Assembly (NCBI RefSeq): GCF_006345805.1
Contig: NC_042998.1
Span: 88,226,001 to 88,290,000 of the forward strand
Reading direction: 5' to 3'
Source: Octopus sinensis
Lineage: Eukaryota
DNA length: 64,000 nucleotides
Positions 50,139-64,000 of this stretch are shown here, one piece after another (within the stretch, counting starts at the first letter, position 1; every line of letters begins with the position of its first letter). The position numbers and the translations under genes were made by a program. Under the pieces are notes generated by a model. It was not told the DNA's origin. It was given only the letters and a program-made list of their open reading frames with translations, and did not search any database.

Positions 50139-50524
50139 CACGCACACACACACACACCTCAACAAAATCTCTTAGTTTGTTGCTACATCCTTCCGCTTTT
50201 CTCTCACTCACTCTCTCCTCTCTCACTGCTCTTTTCCTTCTTTCTCCCTCTCTCTTAATACAGTCAATTGATTAAGGATTATATACATCAATAGTGTGGT
50301 TATTTCACGTTATCTTTTCTGGCCTTCGGTCGCCTCCCGATAATCCGTCACTGCTGCATTTAGCAGCAGCCGTAACAAGCAACAGACGTTGGATTTCTTT
50401 AGGCCAACCGACTAACTTGTTTTTAAGTCCTTATCGTCTGCTTGGAATCGTTTGTTGGATATTTTTGTGGATTTGGAAGAGAAAATGAGCGAGAGAGTGA
50501 ATAGCGAGAAGAAAACAACAGCGA

Positions 50525-50590
<66 letters not shown>

Positions 50591-50627
50591 ATCGTCTATC
50601 TGGATGTTTTGTTGTCCCTTTTTGTAT

Positions 50628-50727
50628 NNNNNNNNNNNNNNNNNNNNNNNNNNNNNNNNNNNNNNNNNNNNNNNNNNNNNNNNNNNNNNNNNNNNNNNNN
50701 NNNNNNNNNNNNNNNNNNNNNNNNNNN
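50628..50727. other. Assembly gap (100 N)
   Basis: Direct reading; a round 100-N spacer usually marks an unknown-size scaffold join. Confidence 0.99.
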
Positions 50728-51570
50728 GAAGAAATTTAAAATAGCATCGAGGTGAAAATATTTTCTCCTCCATTGACGCATGTTTATGTTCACTATCTTA
50801 GCGACCTCAATTCTTTCATTGAATTTCTCACCTCGTAGAGTAGGCAGTTTGTTGATATCAGGTATTAGGCATTCTACTGGGTGTGACATATCAGCGACAA
50901 CAGGTTACATATGATTTTGCAGGACCAGCAAGCCGGATGTACGTCGTAATATTTATTATGAGCGCTTGAACGTAAGGTGATAAGCTGAGTTACCAACGTT
51001 TAATATAACCTGAAGGTCATTAACAGATTGTACCTGTGGTGACGGTAATAGGATAGGTCGGCTTCCTTATTGATGGACACTGCTGACAGATATAAGAAGA
51101 GACAGGTATAAGAGATGACTACTGCGAACCCCAGATGTATAAAGAGCTGGCTCAGTAAATGATGCTCTATATAAAGTTGTTACGATGATATCGAACGAAG
51201 TCCACTGTTGAAGCGAGACAGGGAAAGAAAGAGTTTCGCTGTCCTTAAAACTGAAGTCTTGCATGTGCTGCATGTATCTTCTCTTAAAAAGTCAGTGGCT
51301 GTCATAACTGCGTCTGGCATCGGATGGTGTGAGGGTGACTCTATAGATCACAGGCTTTGAGATGCAGCATCTTCCTCAATAACAAGTTGGTAGGATTTCA
51401 GCAATTGCAGTTTGGTATGGAGGTCGCAAACTGTGTAGATGCGTGCTTTCTATCGTTGCAACATGCATGGTGGAAGCGATAGTATTTAATGCATTTAGTT
51501 ATATATCTGTTTATATAATATATAATCACATACATACATACAGATTCATACATATATACGTGTGTATACA

Positions 51571-51604
<34 letters not shown>

Positions 51605-52199
51605 CATACATACATACATATATATATACATACATACATACAGGCATACATACATACATGCACATACATACATACATACATACAGGCATACGTACATACA
51701 TGAATACATATATACAACATGCATATATACAGTTAGCAGTCACTGCAGCGGAGACACGCGTACGTGATTATATGCTGTATATAATTATAAAATAATTTTG
51801 TGGATGTACAAGTCTCAATACTCTTTATTAATATTATATGTGTGTGTATAATGTATGTCATATGTATATATATATGTGTGTGTGTGTGTGTGTGCTTAGA
51901 TTATATTATATTATTTGTTTTTTCTAAATTATTACGAATTGCGAAGAACTCCGAAGTATATTTATGGACCGTAGATTTAGTGCAATATGCTGTTTCCTGA
52001 TTATATTCAGGGTCATGATATGTTCAGTCGGGTACTTTTAATCGTATACATAACCTAAATATGTCAGTTGTTCGGTACCCGTGTATATATTCAACTATTT
52101 TTGTTGCGCACACTTTTTATTTTTCGACCCGACCATTTAACTGTCTGACTCACTGGAAACCAGATTTATTATATATATATATTTGTGTGTGTGTGTGTA

Positions 52200-52246
<47 letters not shown>

Positions 52247-52594
52247 TGTGTAACTTCTCTGCCATGATTTACAAATAAGAAATATATTTATGTAGTATTC
52301 AACTCAATAATATACATAATGGTTGGCACAAATTAATTGGGAGTTAATCGCCTTAAATTTAAATCAACAGATTTCTTGAGAAACAGCACCCATCAAAAAG
52401 ATTAAAACTTGGACAACTACATCCCAGTTAGACTGTCCCAACTGTTATTTATTTAATACATGAATAAACACATACCTACATACATTATGTATATATATAA
52501 ATGTGTGTGTGTGTGTATATACATATAAATATATATATATGTGTGTGTGTGTATATATATATATACACAAAATATATACATATATATATAACAT

Positions 52595-52656
<62 letters not shown>

Positions 52657-52660
52657 ATAC

Positions 52661-53179
52661 ATATTAGAAGAAATAAGGTACTCAGTAATCTGGATGGTTT
52701 TTATATTTACAGATTTTATTAATTATGGCACATGTTTTTTTAAATATCAAATTAGCGCTTGCATCCACTCTTGTGGATTCTTCAGATTGAATTTTCTCAG
52801 GAGATTTGTCTCTTTTTATAGTATTATTGAGTGTGTAGGGGGGAAGATATAGGATAGTAAAAGAGGGTGAGGAATGGGGAAAAAGTGAGAGAGAGAGTGT
52901 GCCTGTGTGTGCGTGTGTGTGTGTGTGTGTGGATGAAAGAGCAATTTTGTTAAGTAAATTGTATTAAACACACACACACGAAGTACTATACATATGTACA
53001 TATACATAAATAGAAACAATCTTACATCCGGATTCTCCAACCCATAGCAGCACGAAAATCAAACATTGGATTGAAAGAACTGAACAGCGGTATAGATGTC
53101 AATACACTTTTTTCTTCTTCCTCCCTCCTTCTTTCTTTCTTTCTCTTTTCCATTGACACCTCTTTCAGATACACAGGCA

Positions 53180-53217
<38 letters not shown>

Positions 53218-53501
53218 TACACACACCCACACACAAAAAACACACTCACACACACTCTCCCTCTCATACCAGACAATGATAAAAAGAAAACCAGACAAGT
53301 TTTTGAAAAATAACATTTATCAAAACAACCCCCCCTCCTTGGAGTAGCCACCCGGTTTTGCCATTTCTAAAAGCCAAGAATCGCTTTCTATTGAAAGAAC
53401 TGACCAGCTGTATAGAAGTAAACGCATTTTTTTCTGCTTTCTCTCTTCCTTAGTCGTTTCCTTCTCTTTTCCATTGATACTCCTTTCAGATACAAAGGCA
53501 T

Positions 53502-53542
<41 letters not shown>

Positions 53543-53772
53543 CTCTCACTTTCTCCCTATTCCTCACCCTCTTTTACTATCCTATATCTCTCTCCACCCC
53601 TACACACTCAATAATACCGTAAAAAGAGACAAATCTGAAGAAATTCAATCTGAGGAATCCACTAGAGTGGATGCACGCGCTAATATAGGATTTATAAAAG
53701 CATGTGATATATCAATAAAAATCTGTAAATATAAAATCATCCAGATTCCTGAGTACCTTATTTTTTCTAATA
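52661..53772. mobile_element. IR3: older head-to-head inverted pair of PLE-type 3' ends with an internal tandem duplication
   Basis: 52661-52930 is the reverse complement of ~53500-53772. The spacer holds two diverged direct copies (ATTGAAAGAACTGA...TTTCCATTGA...TTTCAGATACA..(CA)n). Confidence 0.82.
53646..53686 (+). ncRNA. Mutated minimal hammerhead motif (mirror copy 52748-52789, minus)
   Basis: CAAT-CTGA(G/A)GA-ATCCAC-NAGA-GTGGAT-GCA(C/A)-GCGC-TA^AT..; GAAA is changed to GCAN in both copies. Confidence 0.5.
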
Positions 53773-53830
53773 TATAATACCTTTACATCATCTCCAAACC
53801 TTCTAATATACACCCACACACCCACACATG

Positions 53831-53863
<33 letters not shown>

Positions 53864-53912
53864 TCATATATATATATATATATATATTATTATATATATA
53901 TATATTAATATG

Positions 53913-53955
<43 letters not shown>

Positions 53956-54019
53956 TATATATATAATAATATATATATATATATATATAATATACATAAC
54001 ATACATATATATTTTTTTA

Positions 54020-54233
54020 TTCTTTTAATTGTTTCAGTCATTTGACTGCAGCCATGCTGGACCACCGCGTTAGTCGAACAAATCGACCCCAGGACTTATT
54101 CTTTGTAAGCCCAGTACTTATTCTGTCGGTTCCTTAGCCGAACCGCTAAGTTACGGAGACGTAAGCACACCAACATCGGTTGTCAAGCGATGGAAGGGGG
54201 ACAAACACAGACACACACAGATATACACACACG

Positions 54234-54235
<2 letters not shown>
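54020..54235 (-). mobile_element. 3' half of a family-2 SINE ending at (TA)n
   Basis: TTGTTTCAGTCATTTGACTGCAGCCATGCTGG...GTTGTCAAGCGATGG..ACAAACACAGAC. Confidence 0.85.
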
Positions 54236-54308
<73 letters not shown>

Positions 54309-55531
54309 GGAAAGAGAGGAGAAAAATACACTTATTTGCAGAAACCCCACGTACTGACATATTTATTCAAACACGCTTATGTGTAATCTTTCAGTCATAT
54401 ATAAGATACATATCTAGACATGTTGATCTTTTACTTTTATTTCTTTCCTTACTTTCATCGTCCGCTCTCTGTCTCTCACTGTTTCGCTCTTCCTTTCGCT
54501 TCCTCTCTCTCTCTCTCTTTCTCTCCCTCTTTTTCTCTCCCTTTCTCATCCTCTCACTCTCATACACATACACACACACATATATAATTTTAGAAGTCTT
54601 CACATTATTGACACATCGTAAAGAATTATTCTTTTCAAATTAAGTGGTGACAGATCAATAATCAATCAGAAGACTTACTTGCGGGTAATGTTAAAATATG
54701 AACATTTCTAACGTCACAGATAATAATTTTGCTAAAATTACTTTTTTTTCAAAACAACAACGACTACAAGCAGTAAAAGTTTGATCAGACGTGAAACGGT
54801 CAATAATAATAGCATACTAATTTACAGTATAAGCCCACGTACAAGCAGCGCGCGCGCACACACACATATGTAAATATCTTTTTATAAATGCCTTTATGCT
54901 TCACAGCATGTTAATTTGGAAGAAATTCTTGATTCTTTGGAATTATCTCCCCTTATCATATGTAATTAACCCCAATAGTAACCAAATGATTGATCGATCT
55001 TCTCTTGAAGCGGAGATAATTTCAATACAATCAATAAATTATTTTGTATGTTATTTAATTTATCATCATTTTTTTGTTGTTCAAATACATGCTAATGGCC
55101 ACATCGAGTCATTTCTCTTAGCATATTTTCGTTTTATATATATAGGTTAGCGACAGAAGCAGTGTTAATACTGAATGGCAATCTTTATATCCTACCCAAC
55201 GTAGATCCATTATTACGCCGGCATTCGCCTGGAAAGGACTTCTCATACAGATACACTAAAATCAGGTGATCTGGCAATTCCGGCGCCGATCCCAAATGGC
55301 TCTCATCTGCTATGTTGTATGTCTGTACTCTTATATGAGAGAACCTCTCAAGACGAATACCACACTACTCGGCATTGTAATCACACATCCACACATATTA
55401 AATAGGATATACATATACACATATATATGATATGAGGGTAAGATCCAAGGGTCAAGGTGGAGTTAGTAAGCTTCGAGCATATGTATATGTATGCATATAT
55501 ATGTATATAGATCTATATATATATATGTATA

Positions 55532-55621
<90 letters not shown>

Positions 55622-55715
55622 AAAAAATGGAACAAGAACGTAACAGATGACAATAAGGCATACGGAAGAATTGGGGGGGACGGAAGAGAGAAAAAGAGAA
55701 AGGGACAGAGTGAGG

Positions 55716-55761
<46 letters not shown>

Positions 55762-55894
55762 ATATATTTATTATATATATATATATTTATTTATATATAT
55801 ATATATAATAATATATATATATATATGTATGATGTATGTATATATATATACACATACATTATAACCGGCCAAAGCTGCAAAGACAATCTGAATA

Positions 55895-56925
55895 AACTGA
55901 AGATTACATTAGTACGTGAGTTTGTGAGTGAGATAAATAATTTGTCCTGTGATGGAATCTAGAGTCATTCAAAGAAAGAGTGTACGAGATTTGTAGTAAC
56001 ATTCTTTGCTTTGTTGTAAAAAAGCAGCAAGATTGGTTTGACGATAATGATGAAGAAGTTAATCTTATCTTAGAGGAGAAGCGAAAGGCATTTAACGTTG
56101 CAAAATGTTGACATGTCAACGAACAGGACAGTGGCTACATATTTCAAGGCTGTAAAAGCAACAATGCAGGAAAATTGATGGAGTGATAGATGCGATGAAA
56201 TCCAAGAAGCTTCAAATGCCAAACTTTTACTCTCCCCTGTAAAAAGTTTATGGACCAGTTTCATCAAAGGTTGCCCCACTTCGGAGCAAGAATGGCATAG
56301 AATTATTAAAAATCCTAAAGATATTGTTGGGAGATGGAAAGAACATTTTGATGAGTTGCTCAATAAACCCACCGAAGTTGATCTCTCTTTTCTTGATAAT
56401 ACACCCGAGAGACCAATAAAACATCTTATAGCAGAAGTTCCAAACCTGGCTGAAATAAAAGTAGCAATCAGGAAATTGAGCAATGGAAAGGCCCCTGGTA
56501 TGGATGGACCAGGTGCAGAGATATATAAATATGGTGGTTATCATCTTTGTGCAATACTGATGGATGTGATTCAAAGGGTTTGGCAAAGTGAAGATATACC
56601 TCCGGACTAATGTGATGCAACTATGGAGATACTATAAACATCTAAAGGTGGAAAGGATGTCTGTGATAATTATCGCGGCATCTGTCTGTTAGCTGTTGCT
56701 GGAAAGGTCCTCTGTAGGGTAATGCTGGATAGGTAGCTTCTGCACATTGCTGATGAGGTTCTACCAGAATCGCAATGCGGATTTAGGGATAGTAGGAGTA
56801 CTATGGATATAATATTTTCGGCTAGACAGTTGCAAGAGAAGTGCAAAGAGGATATGTACTTATACCAGGTTTTCATTGACCTAACAAAAGCGTTCTATCA
56901 ATAGAATTGCACTTTGGGAGATCTT
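55895..56925 (+). mobile_element. Decayed RTE-clade (BovB-like) LINE fragment, start of RT
   Basis: KKQQDWFDDNDEE, KAPGMDG, NYRGICLLAVAGKVL, LPESQCGFR..RSTMDIIFSARQLQEKC, VFIDLTKAF. Confidence 0.9.
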
Positions 56926-57662
56926 AAATATATATATATATATACATATATATACGTGCATAAAACTAGATGCATATACATTCATATATATGCTTACATA
57001 TATATATATATATAATCGTGTGTGTGTGTATGTATATAACATGCACATATATACATACATTTATATATATATATAAATGCATGTATATTTGTGCATATTA
57101 TATATGTGCATATATATACATACCTTTATATATTTATATATATATATATATACACACACATATATAAAGAGAGAGAGAGAGAGATAAATGCATGTAGATG
57201 CATGTGTGTGAGAGTGTGTGTGTATGTGTGTGTGCATAACTATGTCCAGAAAGTTAATCTATCATTTTACAGTTTCTGATTTGATGTCAATAAATGTCAT
57301 TATGTGAAATTTCAAGAAACTGTTCTATCTGTTTCCCGTGTTTTATATTAAAGCCGCTGAGAATCTCATGACGTTATTTATAATATAAAATGACTTCAAT
57401 AAATTCACTTTACTGTTTTCTTGAATATAAAAACCAATTAAGTTATTTTATTTTAAAATGTTATGTTGATATAAATCATTTTATTAGACAAAATAATGAT
57501 CAGTGTTTTAGGAAAATAACTAAAGTCTAAGGATACAATTAGTCTATACCAGCGTCGCTGAATTTATACAAGAGAATAAAGTTGCGGAATATATTCGACG
57601 GACTTTAAAGAGAAATCGCAAACACACACTCACAAAGATACATTAATGCATATGTGTCCGTG

Positions 57663-57717
<55 letters not shown>

Positions 57718-58009
57718 ATGCCCAAGTGACGATTTGGAAAAGCTAGAGTTTTCAGAAAAAGAAATAAACAAACTAACACCACACACATAACAAATACAAT
57801 CTGCATGCAGGACAGTAAAAATATGCAAAACTTTTCTCAAGTTCAAAGTGTGGCATTGCTTTTGCTATCTACATTCCAAGAATGGAATTTTGCAACTTTG
57901 TTAGAAACAGCCCTTCCTTTACAGGAAGACGCCAAATAATTATAAATAGAAGGAAACTTACGTGCATGTTGACGGGTTTTAGTTGAACAATTCGATCTCA
58001 GGAATTAAT

Positions 58010-58137
58010 TTTCTTAAGCCTAGTACTTGTTTTACCGGCTTTTTTGCGGAAACACTAAATTACAGAAATTAAACACACCAACACCGGTTGTAAAGCGGTG
58101 ATGGAGGTACAACTACAGACACAAAACACTGACACAA

Positions 58138-58182
<45 letters not shown>

Positions 58183-58335
58183 CTTCTTTCAGTTTCAGTC
58201 TACCAAATCAACCCCACAAGTCTTTGGTCGGTCAAAGACTATAATAGAAGACACTTGCCCATGGTGCCACGCAGAAGGGACTGAACCTGGAAGCATGTGG
58301 TTGGGAAGCAAGCTTCTTACCACACAGCCATGCCT
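58010..58335 (-). mobile_element. Family-2 SINE, diverged
   Basis: GGCATGGCTGTGTGGTAAGAAGC head on the minus strand; internal (TA)n. Confidence 0.82.
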
Positions 58336-58618
58336 AAAAAATACGCACACACACACACACACCACACACATATACACATAGACAGATATGTATGTATATA
58401 TTTGTGTGTGTATTTTATATATTCATATACATATGATATATATATAGACAGAGAGAGAGAGAGAGGGAGAGAGAGAGAGAGAGGGAGAGAGAGAGAGAGA
58501 GTGAGTCAATGCGAAGATATATTATCTTCATAAGGGATTATTATACCCAAAACTGGTTTAATCGCCAACACCGTTGAGGAAAGTCTCTTCGATATGTGGG
58601 ATTATAATAAGTATCAAC

Positions 58619-58758
58619 ATGATTAAAGAAGAAGAATGGGGAGCTTTTAAGGACATAAAATGAATTTATTATCATACTGCCAAATATAAAGTCAAAGTTT
58701 GAGTTTATTTTTGGCAATATATATCCTTACAAACTCTCCATTCTTCTTCTTTAATCAT
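58619..58758. repeat. 140-bp foldback element
   Basis: ATGATTAAAGAAGAAGAATGG...CCATTCTTCTTCTTTAATCAT ends, plus an inner pair TGCCAAATATAAA/TTTATTTTTGGCA. Confidence 0.8.
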
Positions 58759-58791
58759 ATACACACACATTAAAAGTAATTAAGTTAATTT

Positions 58792-59024
58792 CCGGTCATA
58801 GAGTGACCAATGGTTTCACATCAATATCCAAAGGTCTTAGCCTCACAGACGTCTCATCAGTCTCTAAAACCAAAGATAAATGCAATATTTCACCTCTGGG
58901 AGGCAGGAATTCGTTACCTACCAGAGGTGAAGAGTTATATTTCTCTTCAGCCTTAGGGTCTGACGAGACGTCCGTGTGGCTAAGGCCTTTGTGGATGCAA
59001 AACCATTGGTCACTCTATGACTGG
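58792..59024. mobile_element. 233-bp foldback MITE-like element
   Basis: GTCATAGAGTGACCAATGGTTT / AAACCATTGGTCACTCTATGAC perfect ends; two further internal complementary blocks; 12-nt loop. Confidence 0.82.
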
Positions 59025-61473
59025 TCATTATCTTAAATTACCTTTAATACGATACCGCTCCACGCTTTAGAGTATACTTCTTTTTCGGATTCTGTATACA
59101 TTGACGATAATATATATATATATATAAACGAGAAACGTTTTTGAATATGCATATAAAAGCACCTATTGCATTATGCCGACTACAATTTAATGATACCAAC
59201 TGGCAATAGCAGTTTTGGGGGACTGCACCGAACTGTGCCAATATAATATAAGATAGATGTAGTAGTAGTAATAATGATAATAATAATAATAATAATCCAT
59301 CGATGGAATTTATAAATATTTTAATGCATCGCTACGCGCGTTTCCACATATTTCTTATGATCATAGTCCGTATTCCCAAGATGATTACAGTATATTCCAT
59401 AGTATCCATTGACATCAGATGGATCATATTCATGCGTTCATTTCTTCGGGCAATATGGTATGCATGTGTGTGTGTGTGTGTGTGTTTGTATAAATACATA
59501 CATCCATATACGTGCATGCAAGTGTATGATATTTTCATCATTATCATCTTTATCATCGTTATGTAACGCTGGCATACAAAATTATATATCTACACCTGTT
59601 TGTAAGATATACCAGTAACATTTGTATATGAATATATAGTTACAATGTCGTGTGCATATCGCTTAAAGCATCAGGAAACACGTTACGAAAACTCTAGACT
59701 ACTTAAAATACATTGCTCAGCATGATATGATAATGTATAAAAGAAACATAGGAATATTATCATGTCGAGGGGGAGGGAAGAAACTATAAAGAAAAAATGA
59801 TAAACATCATCTTGAAAGAATTAGTATTGTAACAGACAGCATATCATTCAATGATACTATCATAAAAGATCATACCTGAAGTTTTTTTTTAATGTTGAAG
59901 CTAACATTACTTTATATACAAAAAGGTGTATGAAAACATTGAATGACGAAGCATTTTGCATTGACTGCAAGAAGTAATTGTATGAACTTAAGTTTTTGCC
60001 TATTTACACATAAACACTCATCTTTAACAGACACGTTACAAACATATAAATGTGTGCGTGCGCACTTACATTCATACATACACTTTTGTTATTGATTAGT
60101 TGTTTTTCTTACTGCATATACATTGATACAGATGAGAATGTCAGTGCAGCTACATTAAACAGCATACTTTATGCAGACTAATATAACAGTGTATAATATT
60201 ATATTGAACCATATTATAGTGTAGAATTATGCTATATATAATAGCATATAACAATTTCGATATGTTATTACAAAGAATAGTATAGAATATGCGGGGCCAT
60301 TTTTTTCCTTTACTGTTTATATCCGTTTTTGGTACTCCGTCAGTGGACGACGTGCAGACTTGTAAATAGGCATACTATAACTACAACTGTCTTGCAATCT
60401 GATGCCTTTTAGAATGAAATAGTTATACATTTTCCCCAGTGAAACAGTAACATCTGCCGTAATGTTTGAACTCAAGATCGTTAACACAAACTCCTTATTT
60501 TGCTCTATTATATTCAAATTCTTCAATGAAGTGAGAATTCCCACCGTGTAATTTCCATGGAATTTAGATATAAGAGAACAATGTACTTAACTTTATACGT
60601 TTTTGCTTTTATTTTTTTTTTCTCAGATATTTGGTAATATAACGGAGGGTATCAGTAACAATTTGATGCTAGATCAATTTTCTAACACCATTCATTGCCC
60701 CTCTGTCTTATAAAACCATGTTAAAGGAAGAGTGTTCTTAATAGCATATCTGGCCCTATTGTTGAGATCTTCCAGCTGAGATCTAATTTGTGTTTTCTCA
60801 ATCAAGCACTCAAAGCTTTGATTGTCGTTCAATATTTAATTATCCATAAACATAAAAGGGGAAACTGCAGTTAACCGAGTCGTTAATGTGCTGGTCCGAA
60901 GAATTGACAATTAACCATTCTGTTTATGTGTAAGAATATATTATGACGAGGAACTTTGACCATTATTGGCAATAGAATTCTATACAATTGATTAGCTGAC
61001 TTCGCTCACCAGCATGTTTTCAAACCTTTCTATTGACCAATAAGTTGCTACAGACTGTCATTTTATCTTGTGTAAAAATATGACGAACATCTAAGATATT
61101 GCTCATTCAAAAAGCTGAAAGACGTCGTCATTTATTGTAGTAAACGACATGAACTTTACAACGTTCCATTTCCCCTGTTCTAAAATGCTAAGATATTTTG
61201 CTCTACAAGAATCGATATGTTTAGACGAAGGAAAAAAATACTTGTTTCTTGCAATGCTAATGCTTAATACTTTCCATGAGGATCAATTAATTAAAAATGT
61301 TCTAACAAATTCAACGTTAAGATCTACTTACTCATAAACCTGATAATAAACTACACAGAATATTCAGCTTTTGATCAATAGAAATCTTAACTGTTCATAT
61401 TAATATGAACTTACACAATGGGATAGAACAAGAGTAAGCAATTGATGTACATGATTGCTGAAGGTAACTCTCT

Positions 61474-61505
<32 letters not shown>

Positions 61506-63714
61506 TTCACTCTCTCGAACTGAAAGTATATTTTACATATTAGAAACAAAGTCTCTATTAATTTCTTTCACCCTAGAATTTATAACTAACGTTATTTTCT
61601 GAAACGAGCGTTTTTTTTGTTTTAAGAGATATCAATATGGTCGATTGATTACAACTTCTATAGTTTTCTGTTGGTAGTTAATAATCTCAGTACAGCAGTT
61701 TATTGAACTTTCAAAATTTAAGTAATTGCTCTATAAATGTTATTACTCTTTTATTCACGTAGCTGATACTTGCTTTATCGATCTTGTTGAGATAAAAAGA
61801 TAAAGTTAACCTATGTCGGATTTGATTTTCAGTATCGAATTAAAAATTATAAAATGCATCTACTATTACTCTCTACTGATTATCGAATCCATTTCCATTA
61901 GCCTTGAATTATTAATTAAATTTTACATTTTGTATTTCATTTATTTATTTTTCCTTTTCCATGTTTTTTTTTACATATCACACCTAACATACATCTAAGT
62001 GTTGTACAGTTAGCGGTGAATTGCCAAACTGTTGAGTCCCGCGACACCATTTACGATTCTCAGTTGGAAAGAATTCATCGAAATGACTTTCGAGAAAAAA
62101 ATCGTAAATGTCACACTGTCTCCATATCCTCCGCTTCAAATGCGTTTTCTTGTGTCAAAGCAAGAAATCAATATATCAATACCTATAAAGATAAGGAAGA
62201 AAAATCAAAAAGTGCAACAAAGAATAATAGTGCTAAAATAGGATTGAATTCTAAATCAGCCGTTAAGTTGTAAGATTATTTTATTTTATGATTTAATCAG
62301 AAGGTCTAAGAACCTTTTCAGTTTTGACTAGTGATAGAAGAAAAGGTCAGTTTGTTTCATTCTAGAGATCAGATTTATGGGTTTGCACAAGGCTAAGCCC
62401 TACTAAATGTTCTGAAAGGCTAGGTAGAGATGTTTCAACTGTGCGATGAATTGAGTCTACGACCCAAGAACAGCAATGGTCCCTTCTTCTACACACTTTC
62501 CGTCTACCAAATTCCATTCACAGCGCGTTGTTCGATCTCAAGGCCCAGGATTGACTCATAGCCCAAAGTACCGTGCAGTGAAATTCAACCCGAAACACTA
62601 ATTTCCCAGCAAATTCAGATCTATACCTGCACTCATTAATTAAGCAACATGGAAATTTGTGATAGTCACGGTTTTCTTAATGGGTTCAGTGATTAAGTTA
62701 TCTCATACTAATTTTTAAAACAATCAATAACAGACTGTGTATTGGGTGCTGCACATTGCAATTCTTGAGATTTATCGGTGATTATCATACTAGTCCGCGA
62801 CTGAAAATCACATCAAAGCCATTATGCTTTTCCATAGGTATATATTTGGCAGCCTTGATGCGTTTAACATATAAGGATTAGGGATAAAAAATTTAATAAT
62901 GTAGTTGGAGGTTGAGGGAAACAGTGACACTGAGCTACATTCTCGATGAACCGTGTATATCGAATTATTTCGTTAATATTTTTGAGGAAAGACAAAAGCT
63001 ATGAGCTCATTACTGTGAATTCATGTGCCAAGGCGTGTAATTTGGATAAATGTGAGTTTTCTTTCGTTACTTGATGCGTTAGCTTTTGTTTAACCTATAT
63101 CAATTGTGATTAAGCAGATTTATGACCAACAATGTCCCAACCATGACCGTCCCTGCTTATTATATATCCAAAAATGCATTTTCTTCTCTCTCTCTCTCTC
63201 TCTCTCTCACTCTCTCTCTCCCTCTCATGCACACGTGCGCGCGCACACAAGCTCTTTTGGCAAGTTATCATTATTGTTTCTTGATAATTTACATTATCAC
63301 AGAGTACAAAGCTACAAATTTAGCTTTAAATCAACCCTAGTACATGAATGAAACTTTATTCAATCGATTCCAGAAAAAAATCTCACCGCAGTGGGATTTG
63401 AACTCAGTACTCAAAATGTTTAAACAAATATTGCAAGACATTTTATACAACGCGCTAAAGATCCTACCAAAGCAATGCCTTTGAAGTACCGTCAATAATG
63501 ATGGAGAGTACAGGGACAATTTATTTCTCGGAGAACTGTTGAAGAGGGGATTAAATCAGCGCGGTTCACTTTTAATAGTTATTTTGTGAAAATTGATGGA
63601 CTGGTGAAAGAAATGCAAAATATTGAACTCAGAACATACAGGAACAAAAAATATATGTAGAGTGTAATTGTATGTCGTCTCACGCTCCACTGTTGCTGCC
63701 AACAAGCTAGTAAT

Positions 63715-63985
63715 ATGATGATGACGATGACAATGATGACGATGCTGATGACGTTTATGAAGAGGTGGATGATGATGGTGATTAGTGGTGGGAGTGTCGT
63801 CGGTGGTGACGGTGGTGGTAGTTGTGGTAGCAGTTGGAAGATGATGATTGTGATCCTTATGACGATGATCATGATGACGGTGAAGGTGAGGTGGTGGTGG
63901 TGGTGGTGGTTTTGGTGGCAACGGTGCTGGGGATGGTGGTGGTGGTGGTGGTGGTGGTGGTGATGGTAGTGGTGGCGATGGCGGA
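63715..63985. repeat. Degenerate (GAT)n/(GGT)n tract
   Basis: Direct reading. Confidence 0.9.
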
Positions 63986-64000
63986 ATTGGTCGTACTGAT

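Noticed and set aside
51060-51480. Possible decayed RTE C-terminal remnant on the minus strand (KARIYTVC...)
   Set aside because: Similarity too weak to call by eye.
25-63963. Many ORF-track entries rich in poly-I/Y/L/H-T/C-V
   Set aside because: Translations of microsatellites or antisense frames of transposon fragments; no recognisable host protein.

Overview
AT-rich, repeat-saturated eukaryotic non-coding DNA. It is most likely octopus/cephalopod, judged from the tRNA-derived SINE families and the extreme (TA)n/(TAA)n density. I found no host protein-coding gene; nearly all ORF-track entries are microsatellite or antisense artefacts. There is one 100-N assembly gap (50628-50727). Recognisable content: (1) a large nest of 5'-truncated R4/Dong-type (restriction-like endonuclease, RLE) non-LTR retrotransposons in (TAA)n tracts at 3.7-19.8 kb, including a ~1.91-kb composite unit (RLE fragment A + SINE + RLE fragment B) amplified in tandem about 3.5 times; (2) three independent head-to-head inverted duplications with Penelope-like (PLE) features at 22.6-25.9, 27.4-30.4 and 52.7-53.8 kb, each bounded by (TA)n and carrying hammerhead-ribozyme (HHR)-like motifs near the outward 3' ends, with the 27.4-30.4 kb pair lacking any ORF and having the best-formed HHR; (3) decayed Tc1, mariner, Tigger/pogo, hAT-MITE, Helentron-like, RTE and PLE fragments, foldback MITEs and many SINEs. 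All family assignments come from motif recognition by eye and were not checked against any database.
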